Assembly: GCA_030432675.1 (NCBI GenBank)
Contig: JAUIMA010000002.1
Location: 1-43,413 of the forward strand
Direction: 5' to 3'
Source of the DNA: Candidatus Hydrogenedentota bacterium
Lineage (GTDB): Bacteria > Hydrogenedentota > Hydrogenedentia > Hydrogenedentales > JAEUWI01
DNA length: 43,413 bases
Part shown: in pieces, positions 18,207 through 27,002 of the stretch
Layout of the letters: every line of letters begins with the position of its first letter
How positions within the stretch are numbered: position 1 is the first letter of the stretch
Program-made: the position numbers and the translations under genes
The notes under the pieces: generated by a model
Database searches by the model: none
What the model was told of the DNA's origin: nothing
The model's input: the letters and a program-made list of their open reading frames with translations, nothing else

Positions 18207-18296
18207 ACAGCAGGGAAAGCGTTTCGAAGCGATGGCGTCGAAATGATTGGCGAAACACGCCGCACCGTGTGCGGCGCAAGTCGGAGGACTTCGGTG

Positions 18297-19178
18297 ATGC
18301 CTGAATCAAATGACATTGATTGGTTTAAACAAACCTTGCGAGCCACCTTTCCCTACGTTGTTTTTATCGTGGTATTTATCTTGGGAACCGTAGCCATCAT
18401 GGTCTGGGCAGCCCACGCGGAAGAGGTGGGAAAGCCCGTCTTGCTGCCCCAGGCCCATTCCCACAATGATTACTACCGCGAGAATCCCCTTGAGGATGCG
18501 CTTTCCTTAGGTTATTGCAGTGTGGAGGCCGATATCTATCTCATTGATGGTGCCCTGCTCGTGGCCCATGATCGGGACAAGGTGTCCCCTGAGAAGACCC
18601 TGAGTGCCATGTACCTCCAGCCGCTCTTTGCGCGGTTTCAGCGCTTTGGCAGTGTCTATCCCGAAGCGGCTCCCTTTCAGTTGCTCATTGACATTAAGAG
18701 CGAGGGGGAAGGGACGTTTACCGCGTTGCAGCAGGAGCTCGAAGCCTTCGAGACCATGCTCACTCGTTTTGACGCCGAAGAGACCATCCCCGGGGCCGTG
18801 ACGGTGGTTATTTCGGGTAACCGGGCCGTCGATGCCATTCTCGGCGCAAATCCCCGCCTGGCCGGAGTGGACGGTCGTCTGAGTGATTTGGATGGTGCTT
18901 ATACGGCCCACCAGATGCCGCTTATCAGTGATAACTGGACCAAGCATTTTCGCTGGCGTGGAAAAGGCGAAATCCCGGAAGCCGAAGGGGAGAAGCTCCG
19001 CGCGATCGTGGCGCAGACCCATGCCAAGGGGATGCGACTGCGCTTTTGGGCCACACCCCAACGGGACGACGTATGGGCCACCCTCCATGCGACGGGGGTG
19101 GATGTCTTAAACGCCGACGACCTCCAGGCGCTCCACGATGTATTGCACAGGGCCGCTGCCGCCAATTCAGGTCGCTAA
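18297..19178 (+). CDS. Membrane-anchored PLC-like phosphodiesterase superfamily protein (AIM6-like)
   Basis: ORF 18243-19178. ATG 18297 is preceded by GGAGGA at 8-nt spacing. One TM helix (VVFIVVFILGTVAIMVWAA), then AHSHNDYYRENPLEDALSLGYCSVEADIYLIDGALLVAHD, resembling the catalytic His/Glu-Asp signature of the PI-PLC/GDPD superfamily. Confidence 0.6.
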   Translation: MPESNDIDWFKQTLRATFPYVVFIVVFILGTVAIMVWAAHAEEVGKPVLLPQAHSHNDYYRENPLEDALSLGYCSVEADIYLIDGALLVAHDRDKVSPEKTLSAMYLQPLFARFQRFGSVYPEAAPFQLLIDIKSEGEGTFTALQQELEAFETMLTRFDAEETIPGAVTVVISGNRAVDAILGANPRLAGVDGRLSDLDGAYTAHQMPLISDNWTKHFRWRGKGEIPEAEGEKLRAIVAQTHAKGMRLRFWATPQRDDVWATLHATGVDVLNADDLQALHDVLHRAAAANSGR

Positions 19179-19207
19179 CCGGCGCTACTACGGAAAGCAG
19201 GAATTTC

Positions 19208-19969
19208 ATGGCTGGAAATGTGGGCGAGGAAGCTTTGCGTATTGCGGGGTCCGTCGTGGTCACCAATGATGACGGCATCGAGGCCGATGGCTTACAGCAC
19301 CTTGTTGCCGCCTTGGAGCCCCAGGTGGAGGGCGCGGTCTATGTAGTGGCCCCTTCGAAATGCTACTCGGGATGTAGTCAGCAGGTCAGCATGAGTCACG
19401 GTATTGCCGTGGAACGCGTGGGAGAGCGGCATTTCGCCGTCGATGGCTCTCCGGCGGACTGTACGCGCCTGGCCCTGACCCATCTGGTGCCTGATTGTCG
19501 GCTACTGCTTTCCGGCATCAATCACGGTGGCAATATGGGACACGATATTCTGCTTTCCGGCACGGTGGGGGCCGCGCGGGAAAGCGCGGTCATGGGCGTG
19601 TCGGCCGTCGCCTTGTCCCAATACTTTCAGGGGCAACGGGACGTGGATTGGTCGGCTTCTGCCGCGTTGGCCCTGGTCGCCCTCTCCACGATTATGAAGG
19701 AGCCTGCGGGCGACGAGCCGGCGCTGTGGAATATCAATTTGCCCCATCGTCCCAAGGGCACGGAAGGGATTCCGGAAATCACCTTCAGCCATCCCTGTAC
19801 GGCGGCGCTGCCCGTGGCCTACGCGGCGTCAGACCGGGTCTACACCTATGACGGAGCCCGGTACCATGAGCGCTTGCAAGCGCCCGGTACGGATGTGAGC
19901 GTCTGCTTTGGTGGTGGTATCTCCATTTCCCGTCTCGCCGTGGGCCCCATGCCCTATCGCACTGGCTGA
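19208..19969 (+). CDS. surE: 5'/3'-nucleotidase SurE
   Basis: ORF 19046-19969, with the real start probably ATG 19208 (MAGNVGEE...). SurE signature VVVTNDDGIEADGL plus SGINHGGNMGHDILLSGTVGAARE. Confidence 0.9.
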   Translation: MAGNVGEEALRIAGSVVVTNDDGIEADGLQHLVAALEPQVEGAVYVVAPSKCYSGCSQQVSMSHGIAVERVGERHFAVDGSPADCTRLALTHLVPDCRLLLSGINHGGNMGHDILLSGTVGAARESAVMGVSAVALSQYFQGQRDVDWSASAALALVALSTIMKEPAGDEPALWNINLPHRPKGTEGIPEITFSHPCTAALPVAYAASDRVYTYDGARYHERLQAPGTDVSVCFGGGISISRLAVGPMPYRTG

Positions 19970-20074
19970 CCTTCTCCGGTCGGTTGCGGATTTCGGAGAG
20001 GATACCGTATGCTGTTTTTGTTCCAATCGACACCGGTGGTATCGTCTGTGCGAGGTGCCCCGAGAGGGATTTTC

Positions 20075-21181
20075 ATGTTCAGATCGACCTGCCTGATGGC
20101 GCTTGTAGTGCTACTGACTTTGCCCGTGCTCTCGGTCGAAGGAGCCCCATGGCCCGCGCAACGCGATGGCTTACACCTGGCCTTTCAGGATGCGCTGCAC
20201 CCGGCAGTGGCCTACCGGGCCGACGGCACGCCGATTCCGGGTTGGCGATTTGATGCCATGGGGCTTGGTCGTGTGCGTCACGACGGTGCTCTCCTTTCGG
20301 GGAACGGGGGCTTTGAAGCCCCATCCATAGGACCGGCCATGGGAGACGTCTTCGCGCACAGCACGACATTTACGCTCAGCTTTGCCTTCACATCGACCTC
20401 GGCGGAGAATTCAGGAAATATTCTGGGGCTCGGTGACCTTAGGGGACCGAAGGGCTGCTGGTTACAAGTCGCGCAGGAATCTGACACCCTCCATGTTTCG
20501 CTGCATACGTCCTCGGGGGAGGTGAGGCTCGCGGGAGGGAAGGTCGTGCCGGAGAAGTCCACGGCCGTTGCATTTACGTGCGACGAGGACGTCTTCGTGT
20601 TTTACCAGGAGGGCCGGGAGGTGGCACGCCACGCCGTGACCGGTGCGCCTCAGATTACGCATCCCACCACTCCTGTGATAGGTCAAGCTACGGCGGATGT
20701 CACGGGCTGGCAGGGGGCCGTAGAAGGGATCGCCCTTTATAACGAAAGGCTGAGTCTCGAGGCGGTAGCTGGGCTCCATACTTCCTTTACTGCCGTACAG
20801 AAGGCGCGCCTGCCTGTCGCAACGCTGGCCCTGCGCGGCACCTTACGGGAGAAGTCGAGCATCCTGGCCCCCTCGGAGTTGGCCCCCTATGAACGGGGCT
20901 TGACCGTCTTTATCTATGATGTGGAGGAGGTGTTGGACGGGGTGTATGGGAAGAAAACGATCTACGTGGCCCATTGGACCGTGTTGGACCGCACAGCCCT
21001 TCCTTTCGCGGCCGTGCCGGTGGGCAGCACGGAAACGTTGTATTTGGAACTGTTCGACGACAACCCCCAGTTGGAATCAGAGAATCTGTCGGATGATGCG
21101 GTAATGGACTTCACCATTCCCTATTACTACGACGCGGGTGGGTGTTCGCTCCGGGCACTGCTCCCCGAAAAGAAGCCCTAG
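20075..21181 (+). CDS. Secreted LamG/concanavalin-A-like lectin domain protein with C-terminal beta-sandwich-like module
   Basis: ORF 20009-21181. ATG 20075 gives the signal peptide MFRSTCLMALVVLLTLPVLSVEG. LamG-type ending WQGAVEGIALYNERLSLEAV. The C-terminal ~105 aa resemble the interdomain module of the next-but-one gene. Confidence 0.6.
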   Translation: MFRSTCLMALVVLLTLPVLSVEGAPWPAQRDGLHLAFQDALHPAVAYRADGTPIPGWRFDAMGLGRVRHDGALLSGNGGFEAPSIGPAMGDVFAHSTTFTLSFAFTSTSAENSGNILGLGDLRGPKGCWLQVAQESDTLHVSLHTSSGEVRLAGGKVVPEKSTAVAFTCDEDVFVFYQEGREVARHAVTGAPQITHPTTPVIGQATADVTGWQGAVEGIALYNERLSLEAVAGLHTSFTAVQKARLPVATLALRGTLREKSSILAPSELAPYERGLTVFIYDVEEVLDGVYGKKTIYVAHWTVLDRTALPFAAVPVGSTETLYLELFDDNPQLESENLSDDAVMDFTIPYYYDAGGCSLRALLPEKKP

Positions 21182-21191
21182 CGTCCCGGTT

Positions 21192-22628
21192 ATGGTATTC
21201 AGTTCCCACCTGTTTATCGTCTATTTTTTGCCCCTCGCGTTGTTGGTGTACTACGCGACGCCGGCTCGGTTTCGGGCTCTCCCCCTGACCCTCCTCAGCT
21301 ACCTCTTTTATGGGTGGGCGAATCCAGCTTTTGTATTCCTCATGCTCTTTTCCACCGTGGTGGATTATCGCATGGGATTGCGTATAGCCTCCGGACAATT
21401 GGTCGAGGCACATGATGCCCCCCGGGGGAAACGAATGCAACGGCAGGCACTGATACTGTCCGTCGTTACCAACCTTTCGCTCTTGGGGTTCTTCAAATAT
21501 GCGAATTTCGGGATCGAAAATTATAACGCGCTTATCACCGCAGCAGGGTGGGAGAGCGCCCGTTGGGACACGGCGCTACGTATCGTTTTGCCGCTGGGCA
21601 TCAGTTTCTATACCTTCCAGTCCATGAGCTATACCATTGATGTCTATCGACGGGAGGCCGCTCCAGAACGCAGCTTTCTGTCCTTTGCGTGTTACGTCTC
21701 CATGTTTCCCCAATTGGTGGCGGGTCCCATCGTTCGTTTTCACGAGGTGGCCCAGCAACTCAACGTGCGCACTCATTCGGTGGAGAAATTTGCCCGGGGC
21801 ATCGCCTTCTTCTCCCTGGGCCTGGCAAAGAAGGTCCTCGTGGCCAACCCCTGTGGGCAGGTGGCCGACACCTGCTTTGATGCGGGCGCGGTGAACTCCC
21901 TGGATGCGTGGTGGGGCCTTTTTGCCTATGGCTTCCAGATCTATTTTGACTTCAGCGCGTATTCCGATATGGCCATCGGGTTGGGACTCATGCTGGGCTT
22001 CGTTTTTCCGAAAAACTTTGATAGCCCCTACCGGGCGCCATCGATCACAGAATTCTGGCACCGCTGGCACCTTTCGCTGTCTCAATTTCTTCGCGATTAT
22101 CTCTACATTGCCCTCGGGGGAAACAGACGGGGCGCAGCACGCACCTATGCCAACCTGATTCTCGTCATGCTTATCGGCGGGCTTTGGCATGGGGCGTCGT
22201 GGAACTTCGTCCTTTGGGGGGCTATCCATGGTGGTATGCTGGCCCTGGAACGCACCCAAGGGAAAGAGAGTGTGTATCGGCGATTGCCTCATGTCTTCCG
22301 GGTTGGTGCCACCTTCGTCATCGTGTCGATTGGCTGGATTTTCTTCCGTGCCGCCGATTTACCTCAGGCCTGGTCCTATCTTCAGTCGGTGCTGGGCTTC
22401 GGGGCGGGTGGCGATGCCGCCGCCTTGCTCTCCGGGGTGCTCTATCAGCCTTACTATGTGATTACCCTGGCGGCCGCCGCCGTCTTGACGTGGGGCGCAC
22501 CCCAGACCTGGGACTTTACCCGGGAACTGACTGTGCCGAAGGCGGCTTGGTGTGGTGTGGCGCTTGTGATTTCACTCCTGGTGCTGGCGACCCAGAGCTA
22601 CAATCCGTTCATCTATTTTATTTTCTAA
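21192..22628 (+). CDS. MBOAT family O-acyltransferase (AlgI/DltB-like)
   Basis: ORF 21138-22628, start ATG 21192 (MVFSSHLFIVYFLPLALLVYY). Polytopic membrane protein with FWHRWHLSLSQFLRDYLYIALGGNRRG and GGLWHGASWNF (conserved MBOAT His). Confidence 0.9.
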   Translation: MVFSSHLFIVYFLPLALLVYYATPARFRALPLTLLSYLFYGWANPAFVFLMLFSTVVDYRMGLRIASGQLVEAHDAPRGKRMQRQALILSVVTNLSLLGFFKYANFGIENYNALITAAGWESARWDTALRIVLPLGISFYTFQSMSYTIDVYRREAAPERSFLSFACYVSMFPQLVAGPIVRFHEVAQQLNVRTHSVEKFARGIAFFSLGLAKKVLVANPCGQVADTCFDAGAVNSLDAWWGLFAYGFQIYFDFSAYSDMAIGLGLMLGFVFPKNFDSPYRAPSITEFWHRWHLSLSQFLRDYLYIALGGNRRGAARTYANLILVMLIGGLWHGASWNFVLWGAIHGGMLALERTQGKESVYRRLPHVFRVGATFVIVSIGWIFFRAADLPQAWSYLQSVLGFGAGGDAAALLSGVLYQPYYVITLAAAAVLTWGAPQTWDFTRELTVPKAAWCGVALVISLLVLATQSYNPFIYFIF

Positions 22629-22637
22629 CGAGGTTCC

Positions 22638-25271
22638 ATGACCCATCACCCGACACATCGCGAAGCACAGGCCGCCGCTGAGGTCGGGAAGACCGCCGTC
22701 CGACGGAGTGTTGCCATAGGGATGTGTGTACTCTTCGTGTTGTTGCTGGTCAGTCTGTTTGGTTGGGAGCTCCTGCACCGACGGGCCGATGGCATGCGAG
22801 GCGGCACCTACCTGTTGGATGCGACCCAAGGGCTGGTCCGCAGCGTCGGTCACTTCCCATCCCAGGTGGCCTCTGGAGGCTTGTGGGAGGGACTGGGCCA
22901 AAGCAATCACGAATTGAAAACCCAGCTGACGGTCCTGGAGTCGGGCCTGAAGATGGAAGCGCCATGGCGATTGCCCTTACTGACGCCAATGAATCGGGGC
23001 TTGAGCGGTGTCTTGGGTGCCAGCAACGCGAATGTCTATATGGGTAAGGAAGACTGGCTCTTCTACGGTCCGGCACTGCGGCATGTGCTTGGGCGGTCTG
23101 TTGTGACGGCATCGCCAGACGCCATGGAAGTACTCCTCGCCTTTCAAGAGACGCTTGCAGCGCGGGGTATCGCCCTCGTGATCGTACCCATTCCCAGCAA
23201 GGTCAGCCTCTATCCTGACCGCCTGAGTGGACGTGTCCAAGCAGATGTCGTCCCACGCAATCAAGGCTATACGGCCTGGATGGAGGCTTATCGCGCTGCC
23301 GGGGGCGTGGCCTTTGACCCCACGCCCGCCTTGATGGAAGCTCGGGCAGCGGGTGCCGCTTATTTGCGCCGTGACAGCCATTGGACGCCCCAAGGGGTAG
23401 ATTATTCCGCGAAAGCACTGGCAGACCTGCTGGAGGAGCGCGTGGATTTTTCCGAGAATGCGCGACGGATTTATCGTCACGGGAAACCCGAGACGGTGGC
23501 TTATCCGGGTGATTTGGCGACCATGCTCTATCCGGGGGAGGCGTCCGGCACCCCGATGGACGAGGTGGTCATCGCGCCCGTGGAGGACGGTGATGGGGTG
23601 CCGTGGGAGCCCGAGCGGGGGAGTGAGGTGCTGTTGTTGGGAGATAGCTTCACCAATATTTACAGCCAGGCGGCGCTCGGTTGGGGGACTGGGGCGGGTT
23701 TCGCCGAACAATTGAGCCTTCACCTGCAACGTCCGGTGGACCGCATCGCACAGAATGACCACGGGGCCTATGCGGCCCGTCATCGCTTGCAGGCGTCTGT
23801 GGCGCAGGGAGAGGACCTTCTGGCTCATACCCGTGTGGTGGTCTACGAATTCGCCGTGCGGGAGTTATCCTGGGGGGATTGGAAGCCGAATCGGCACATG
23901 GTACCGGCTGCGGGAAATGTGGCCCCCAGGGCACCGGATGGGGCGATGACCGTGTCGGGCCATGTGGTCGCCCGTTCGCTTCCCCCGGCACCCCGCTCCG
24001 TGCCCTACAAGGACTGTCTGATCTCCGTGCTCCTGGAACCGGAATCCGGTGATGGTGAAAAGATACTGTTCTATGCCCACGGGATGGTGGACCATCAGTG
24101 GACCGCGGCCACGAATTGGAGGGTGGGCGACCGCATAACCGTTTCGCTGACGCCGTGGGCGGACGTGCCTCACGACTTGGAAAGTCTGAATCGCATGGAC
24201 CTGGAGGGGGAAGCGCTTCATGATAGGACCCCTTGGTGGTATCCGGAAGGCGGAAAAGTGGTGACCCTGATTGACCCCGACACGCCCCCGCCGGTTTCCG
24301 AGGTGATGAATCACCGTGAATCGCTGTCGGCACTGATCACCCGCAAGGAAGAAGCCGGGGAAATGGTCATTTCGGGGCAGGCGGAGTGGTTATATTTTGT
24401 GCCCGCGTTGCGCAGTCTTTCGGTAGGCGAATTCTGGGGGGCGGCAGCCCCTGCGGTGAGTCGCGCGCGCAACGCCCAATGGGCGGATCCGTTGCCGGCC
24501 ATAATAGATTTCCACCAGCAGTTGGTGACGGCGAATATTACCTTGCTGCTTGTGCCCGTGCCCACAAAGGCGGCGGTCTATCCCGAGCATCTGGGAGCGC
24601 CCCTGGCGGAGGGTGTTGAAGCACTCGCAGGGTCCCAAGGGGCTCACCGGCGGGTACTTGAGGTGCTGCGTGAGTCGGGCGTCTCCGTGGTGGACTTGCA
24701 GCCCCTCTTTGAATCGCTTCCAGACAATACACTTGCCTATTGTAAGACCGATACCCATTGGTCCCCTGCGGGAGCGGCCCTTGCAGCCCGAGAAGTGGCC
24801 AGGGTGATCCGCGAGCTGCCGGGCGTCGCATTGCCGGAGAGAGAGCGATTCCGTCGTCAGGATGAAACCCTGAATATTCAAGGGGACCTCGCCGTCCTGG
24901 CGGGCAGGACCGAAGCGGCAGAGACCCTCCCGTTTGGCCGCGTGGGTCGTGAGGAAGGCGGACAGCTTGTGCCGGTCATGCCCGATAGGGATAGCCCGAT
25001 CTTGTTGATTGGGGATAGCCACAATCTGGTCTTTCACGCCGGGGGTGACATGCATGCCACGGAGGGCGGGCTGCCGGATCTCCTGGCCCTGGAATTGGGG
25101 ATGGCCGTGGATCTGGTCGCCGTGCGTGGCTCCGGGGCGACGACACCGCGTATCAATCTGGCGCGTCGCGGCGACCAATTGGCAGGGAAGAACGTGGTAA
25201 TATGGTGCTTCTCTGCCCGCGAGTTTACGGAAAGCGTGACGGGCTGGCGTACGATCCCGGTCATCCCGTAA
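22638..25271 (+). CDS. Membrane-anchored protein with two tandem AlgX/AlgJ-like SGNH-type O-acetyltransferase domains separated by a beta-sandwich-like module
   Basis: 877 aa with an N-terminal TM helix (IGMCVLFVLLLVSLFGW). Domain 1: GKEDWLFY, VIVPIPSK, RRDSHWT, LLLGDSF. Domain 2: QAEWLYFVP, LLVPVPTK, KTDTHWSP, LLIGDSH. It starts 9 nt after the MBOAT gene. Confidence 0.75.
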   Translation: MTHHPTHREAQAAAEVGKTAVRRSVAIGMCVLFVLLLVSLFGWELLHRRADGMRGGTYLLDATQGLVRSVGHFPSQVASGGLWEGLGQSNHELKTQLTVLESGLKMEAPWRLPLLTPMNRGLSGVLGASNANVYMGKEDWLFYGPALRHVLGRSVVTASPDAMEVLLAFQETLAARGIALVIVPIPSKVSLYPDRLSGRVQADVVPRNQGYTAWMEAYRAAGGVAFDPTPALMEARAAGAAYLRRDSHWTPQGVDYSAKALADLLEERVDFSENARRIYRHGKPETVAYPGDLATMLYPGEASGTPMDEVVIAPVEDGDGVPWEPERGSEVLLLGDSFTNIYSQAALGWGTGAGFAEQLSLHLQRPVDRIAQNDHGAYAARHRLQASVAQGEDLLAHTRVVVYEFAVRELSWGDWKPNRHMVPAAGNVAPRAPDGAMTVSGHVVARSLPPAPRSVPYKDCLISVLLEPESGDGEKILFYAHGMVDHQWTAATNWRVGDRITVSLTPWADVPHDLESLNRMDLEGEALHDRTPWWYPEGGKVVTLIDPDTPPPVSEVMNHRESLSALITRKEEAGEMVISGQAEWLYFVPALRSLSVGEFWGAAAPAVSRARNAQWADPLPAIIDFHQQLVTANITLLLVPVPTKAAVYPEHLGAPLAEGVEALAGSQGAHRRVLEVLRESGVSVVDLQPLFESLPDNTLAYCKTDTHWSPAGAALAAREVARVIRELPGVALPERERFRRQDETLNIQGDLAVLAGRTEAAETLPFGRVGREEGGQLVPVMPDRDSPILLIGDSHNLVFHAGGDMHATEGGLPDLLALELGMAVDLVAVRGSGATTPRINLARRGDQLAGKNVVIWCFSAREFTESVTGWRTIPVIP

Positions 25272-25371
25272 ACGTTTGTTCTCTCAGAGCCGTTGCTTCT
25301 ACGGTGGGTGTTTCCGGGGCTGTGGCCCTGCCGCCATGCGCAGACTTTTTAACCGATAGGAATACGACCTG

Positions 25372-26061
25372 GTGTTATCACTCAACTTGTTGCGAAACGT
25401 TGCGATCGTCGTTCTGATACTGGTGTTTTCTGGCGCGCCCTTGGGTGCGCAGGAAGTGGTTGAGTATTCCTATGTGGTGAGTGAAGGCACCGGAACGGTT
25501 TACGTTACCCCCACCCACGTACGCTTCTGGCTACACAAGGAACTCTCCAACGGAGATTTGAAAGAAGGACTTTTGGCGGTGGCCCCGCTGGACGTGGCGA
25601 TGCGCGAGTATCTGAACGGACGGGAAATTCGTCCCTCCAGTCTAGAAGTCTTCGCGCCTGCCGTAACCTCGCTCGCTGAAGGTCGGAGCCAGGTAGCTGT
25701 GGAGTTACGCTTCAGCATGGCCGGCATGGTCGGGGGTGAAACCGGCCCGGCCCGATTTGCCGACCTTTGCGAGCAGATGCGTGCTCTCGGTGGGGCATTC
25801 CTGGCGTCCGTATCGGAGCCCGAATTGGTCGTGGCGGAAAAGAATGTGGCAATTCGGGACGCGGTGGAAGAGGCCACAAGACAGGCTTTTGTCGCGGGGT
25901 CAGGCGCGGCGAGTGCGCTGGGTGGTTCCATTCGTTCGGTCGAGCAAGTGAAGGTGGATGATATTACCTGGAACGGGCCACCCGATACCCAGGCCGACTA
26001 TCCCAATATCGAGGTGATCGCGTGTACCGCACGTGTCACGGTCACCTATATCGTCCAGTAA
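25372..26061 (+). CDS. Secreted hypothetical protein, possibly SIMPL (DUF541) domain
   Basis: 229 aa, GTG start, signal-like N-terminus (VAIVVLILVFSGAPLGAQE). The alternating beta/alpha pattern and Ala-rich helix (AIRDAVEEATRQAFVAGSGAASALGGSI) resemble YggE/SIMPL proteins. This is a weak call made by eye. Confidence 0.4.
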   Translation: MLSLNLLRNVAIVVLILVFSGAPLGAQEVVEYSYVVSEGTGTVYVTPTHVRFWLHKELSNGDLKEGLLAVAPLDVAMREYLNGREIRPSSLEVFAPAVTSLAEGRSQVAVELRFSMAGMVGGETGPARFADLCEQMRALGGAFLASVSEPELVVAEKNVAIRDAVEEATRQAFVAGSGAASALGGSIRSVEQVKVDDITWNGPPDTQADYPNIEVIACTARVTVTYIVQ

Positions 26062-26071
26062 GGCACGCGCC

Positions 26072-26818
26072 TCAGTGGCCCAGATTCAGCAGGCCATTAT
26101 CGCGTTTTATGAACATGCGAAAGCCGCGTTCCGCGTCGTAATCCAGGGAACCCTGATGCAACTCCGCAATCTTCCGGGCGCTATAGAGTCCCAGTCCCAT
26201 GTGCTGATTGTCAGGCCATGACGTTTGGTAGGGGTCAAACGCTTTTTCCGCCAGTTCCGCCGACATCCCCGGACCAGAATCCCAGATTTCGAAATAGATA
26301 CCCCCTTCGGTATTACCCACGGATACCTTGAGCTGCTTATTCTCGGAACCTTCCAAGGCCTGCTGCGCATTAATCAGCAGAAAGAGGAGGGCGAGTTTCA
26401 GTTTGGCCAAATCGGCCGGAATGGCCGCCAGATCACTCTGATAGTCCCGCTCCACGGCAATACGCTGGATTTTGAGTTCATAATCGCGGAGGACGAGGGC
26501 CTCGTTCATCAGCTGTTCCGGGGAGGTTAAGTTGATGTCCATCCGATCCTTGCGGGAGATAGACGTGAGGGAAGATACCAACGCGCTGCACTTGGTAATG
26601 CCCTCAATGACATTGTTCAACATCTTGACGGAGTCGGGGCTGACGCCCTCGTCATAGGTGACCAGTTCCGCGTAGGCCATGGCGGCCCCGAGGAGATTAT
26701 TGATGTCGTGCGCAATGCCGCTGACGCACCCGCCGACCTGAGCATGGCGGTGCAATTGCAGCATGCGGTTGCGCCCCGCTTCTGAATTCATGTCAAACTG
26801 TTCCAAGGCCGATGCCAC
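26072..26818 (-). CDS. Soluble sensor-less histidine kinase (HisKA plus HATPase_c only)
   Basis: 248 aa. H-box SGIAHDINNLLGAAMAYAELV, N-box LLFLLINAQQAL, G1 WDSGPGM, G2 GLGLYSARKIAELHQGSL. No TM or PAS domain. No response regulator in the window. Confidence 0.85.
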   Translation of the reverse strand: MASALEQFDMNSEAGRNRMLQLHRHAQVGGCVSGIAHDINNLLGAAMAYAELVTYDEGVSPDSVKMLNNVIEGITKCSALVSSLTSISRKDRMDINLTSPEQLMNEALVLRDYELKIQRIAVERDYQSDLAAIPADLAKLKLALLFLLINAQQALEGSENKQLKVSVGNTEGGIYFEIWDSGPGMSAELAEKAFDPYQTSWPDNQHMGLGLYSARKIAELHQGSLDYDAERGFRMFIKRDNGLLNLGH

Positions 26819-26917
26819 CTTTCCCGTTCTTCCGCTGCCCAGCCCAATCCTCTATGTGATCTTGACACAATATGGGGCCATTCGCAAGAGAAAGCGCTTT
26901 TTTTATCCCGAACACGT

Positions 26918-26949
26918 AAAATGCCGGACCCAATACGTTGGGCCCGGCA
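26918..26949 (-). terminator. Candidate rho-independent terminator after icd
   Basis: On the minus strand: TGCCGGGCCCAA-CGTA-TTGGGTCCGGCA (12-bp stem, one mismatch; plus-strand coordinates 26922-26949), followed by TTTT (26918-26921). It lies 54 nt downstream of the icd stop. Confidence 0.6.
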
Positions 26950-27002
26950 GGAAAGTGTCGTCTTGACGATTGCAAGTGTTACGCAAGCGTGCCCCGATTC
27001 AA

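Noticed and set aside
21192-25271. Calling the MBOAT and AlgX/J genes an alginate operon (algI/algJ/algX).
   Set aside because: No alg8, alg44, algK, algE, algG, algL or algF is nearby. The family assignment does not identify the polymer, so gene symbols were withheld.
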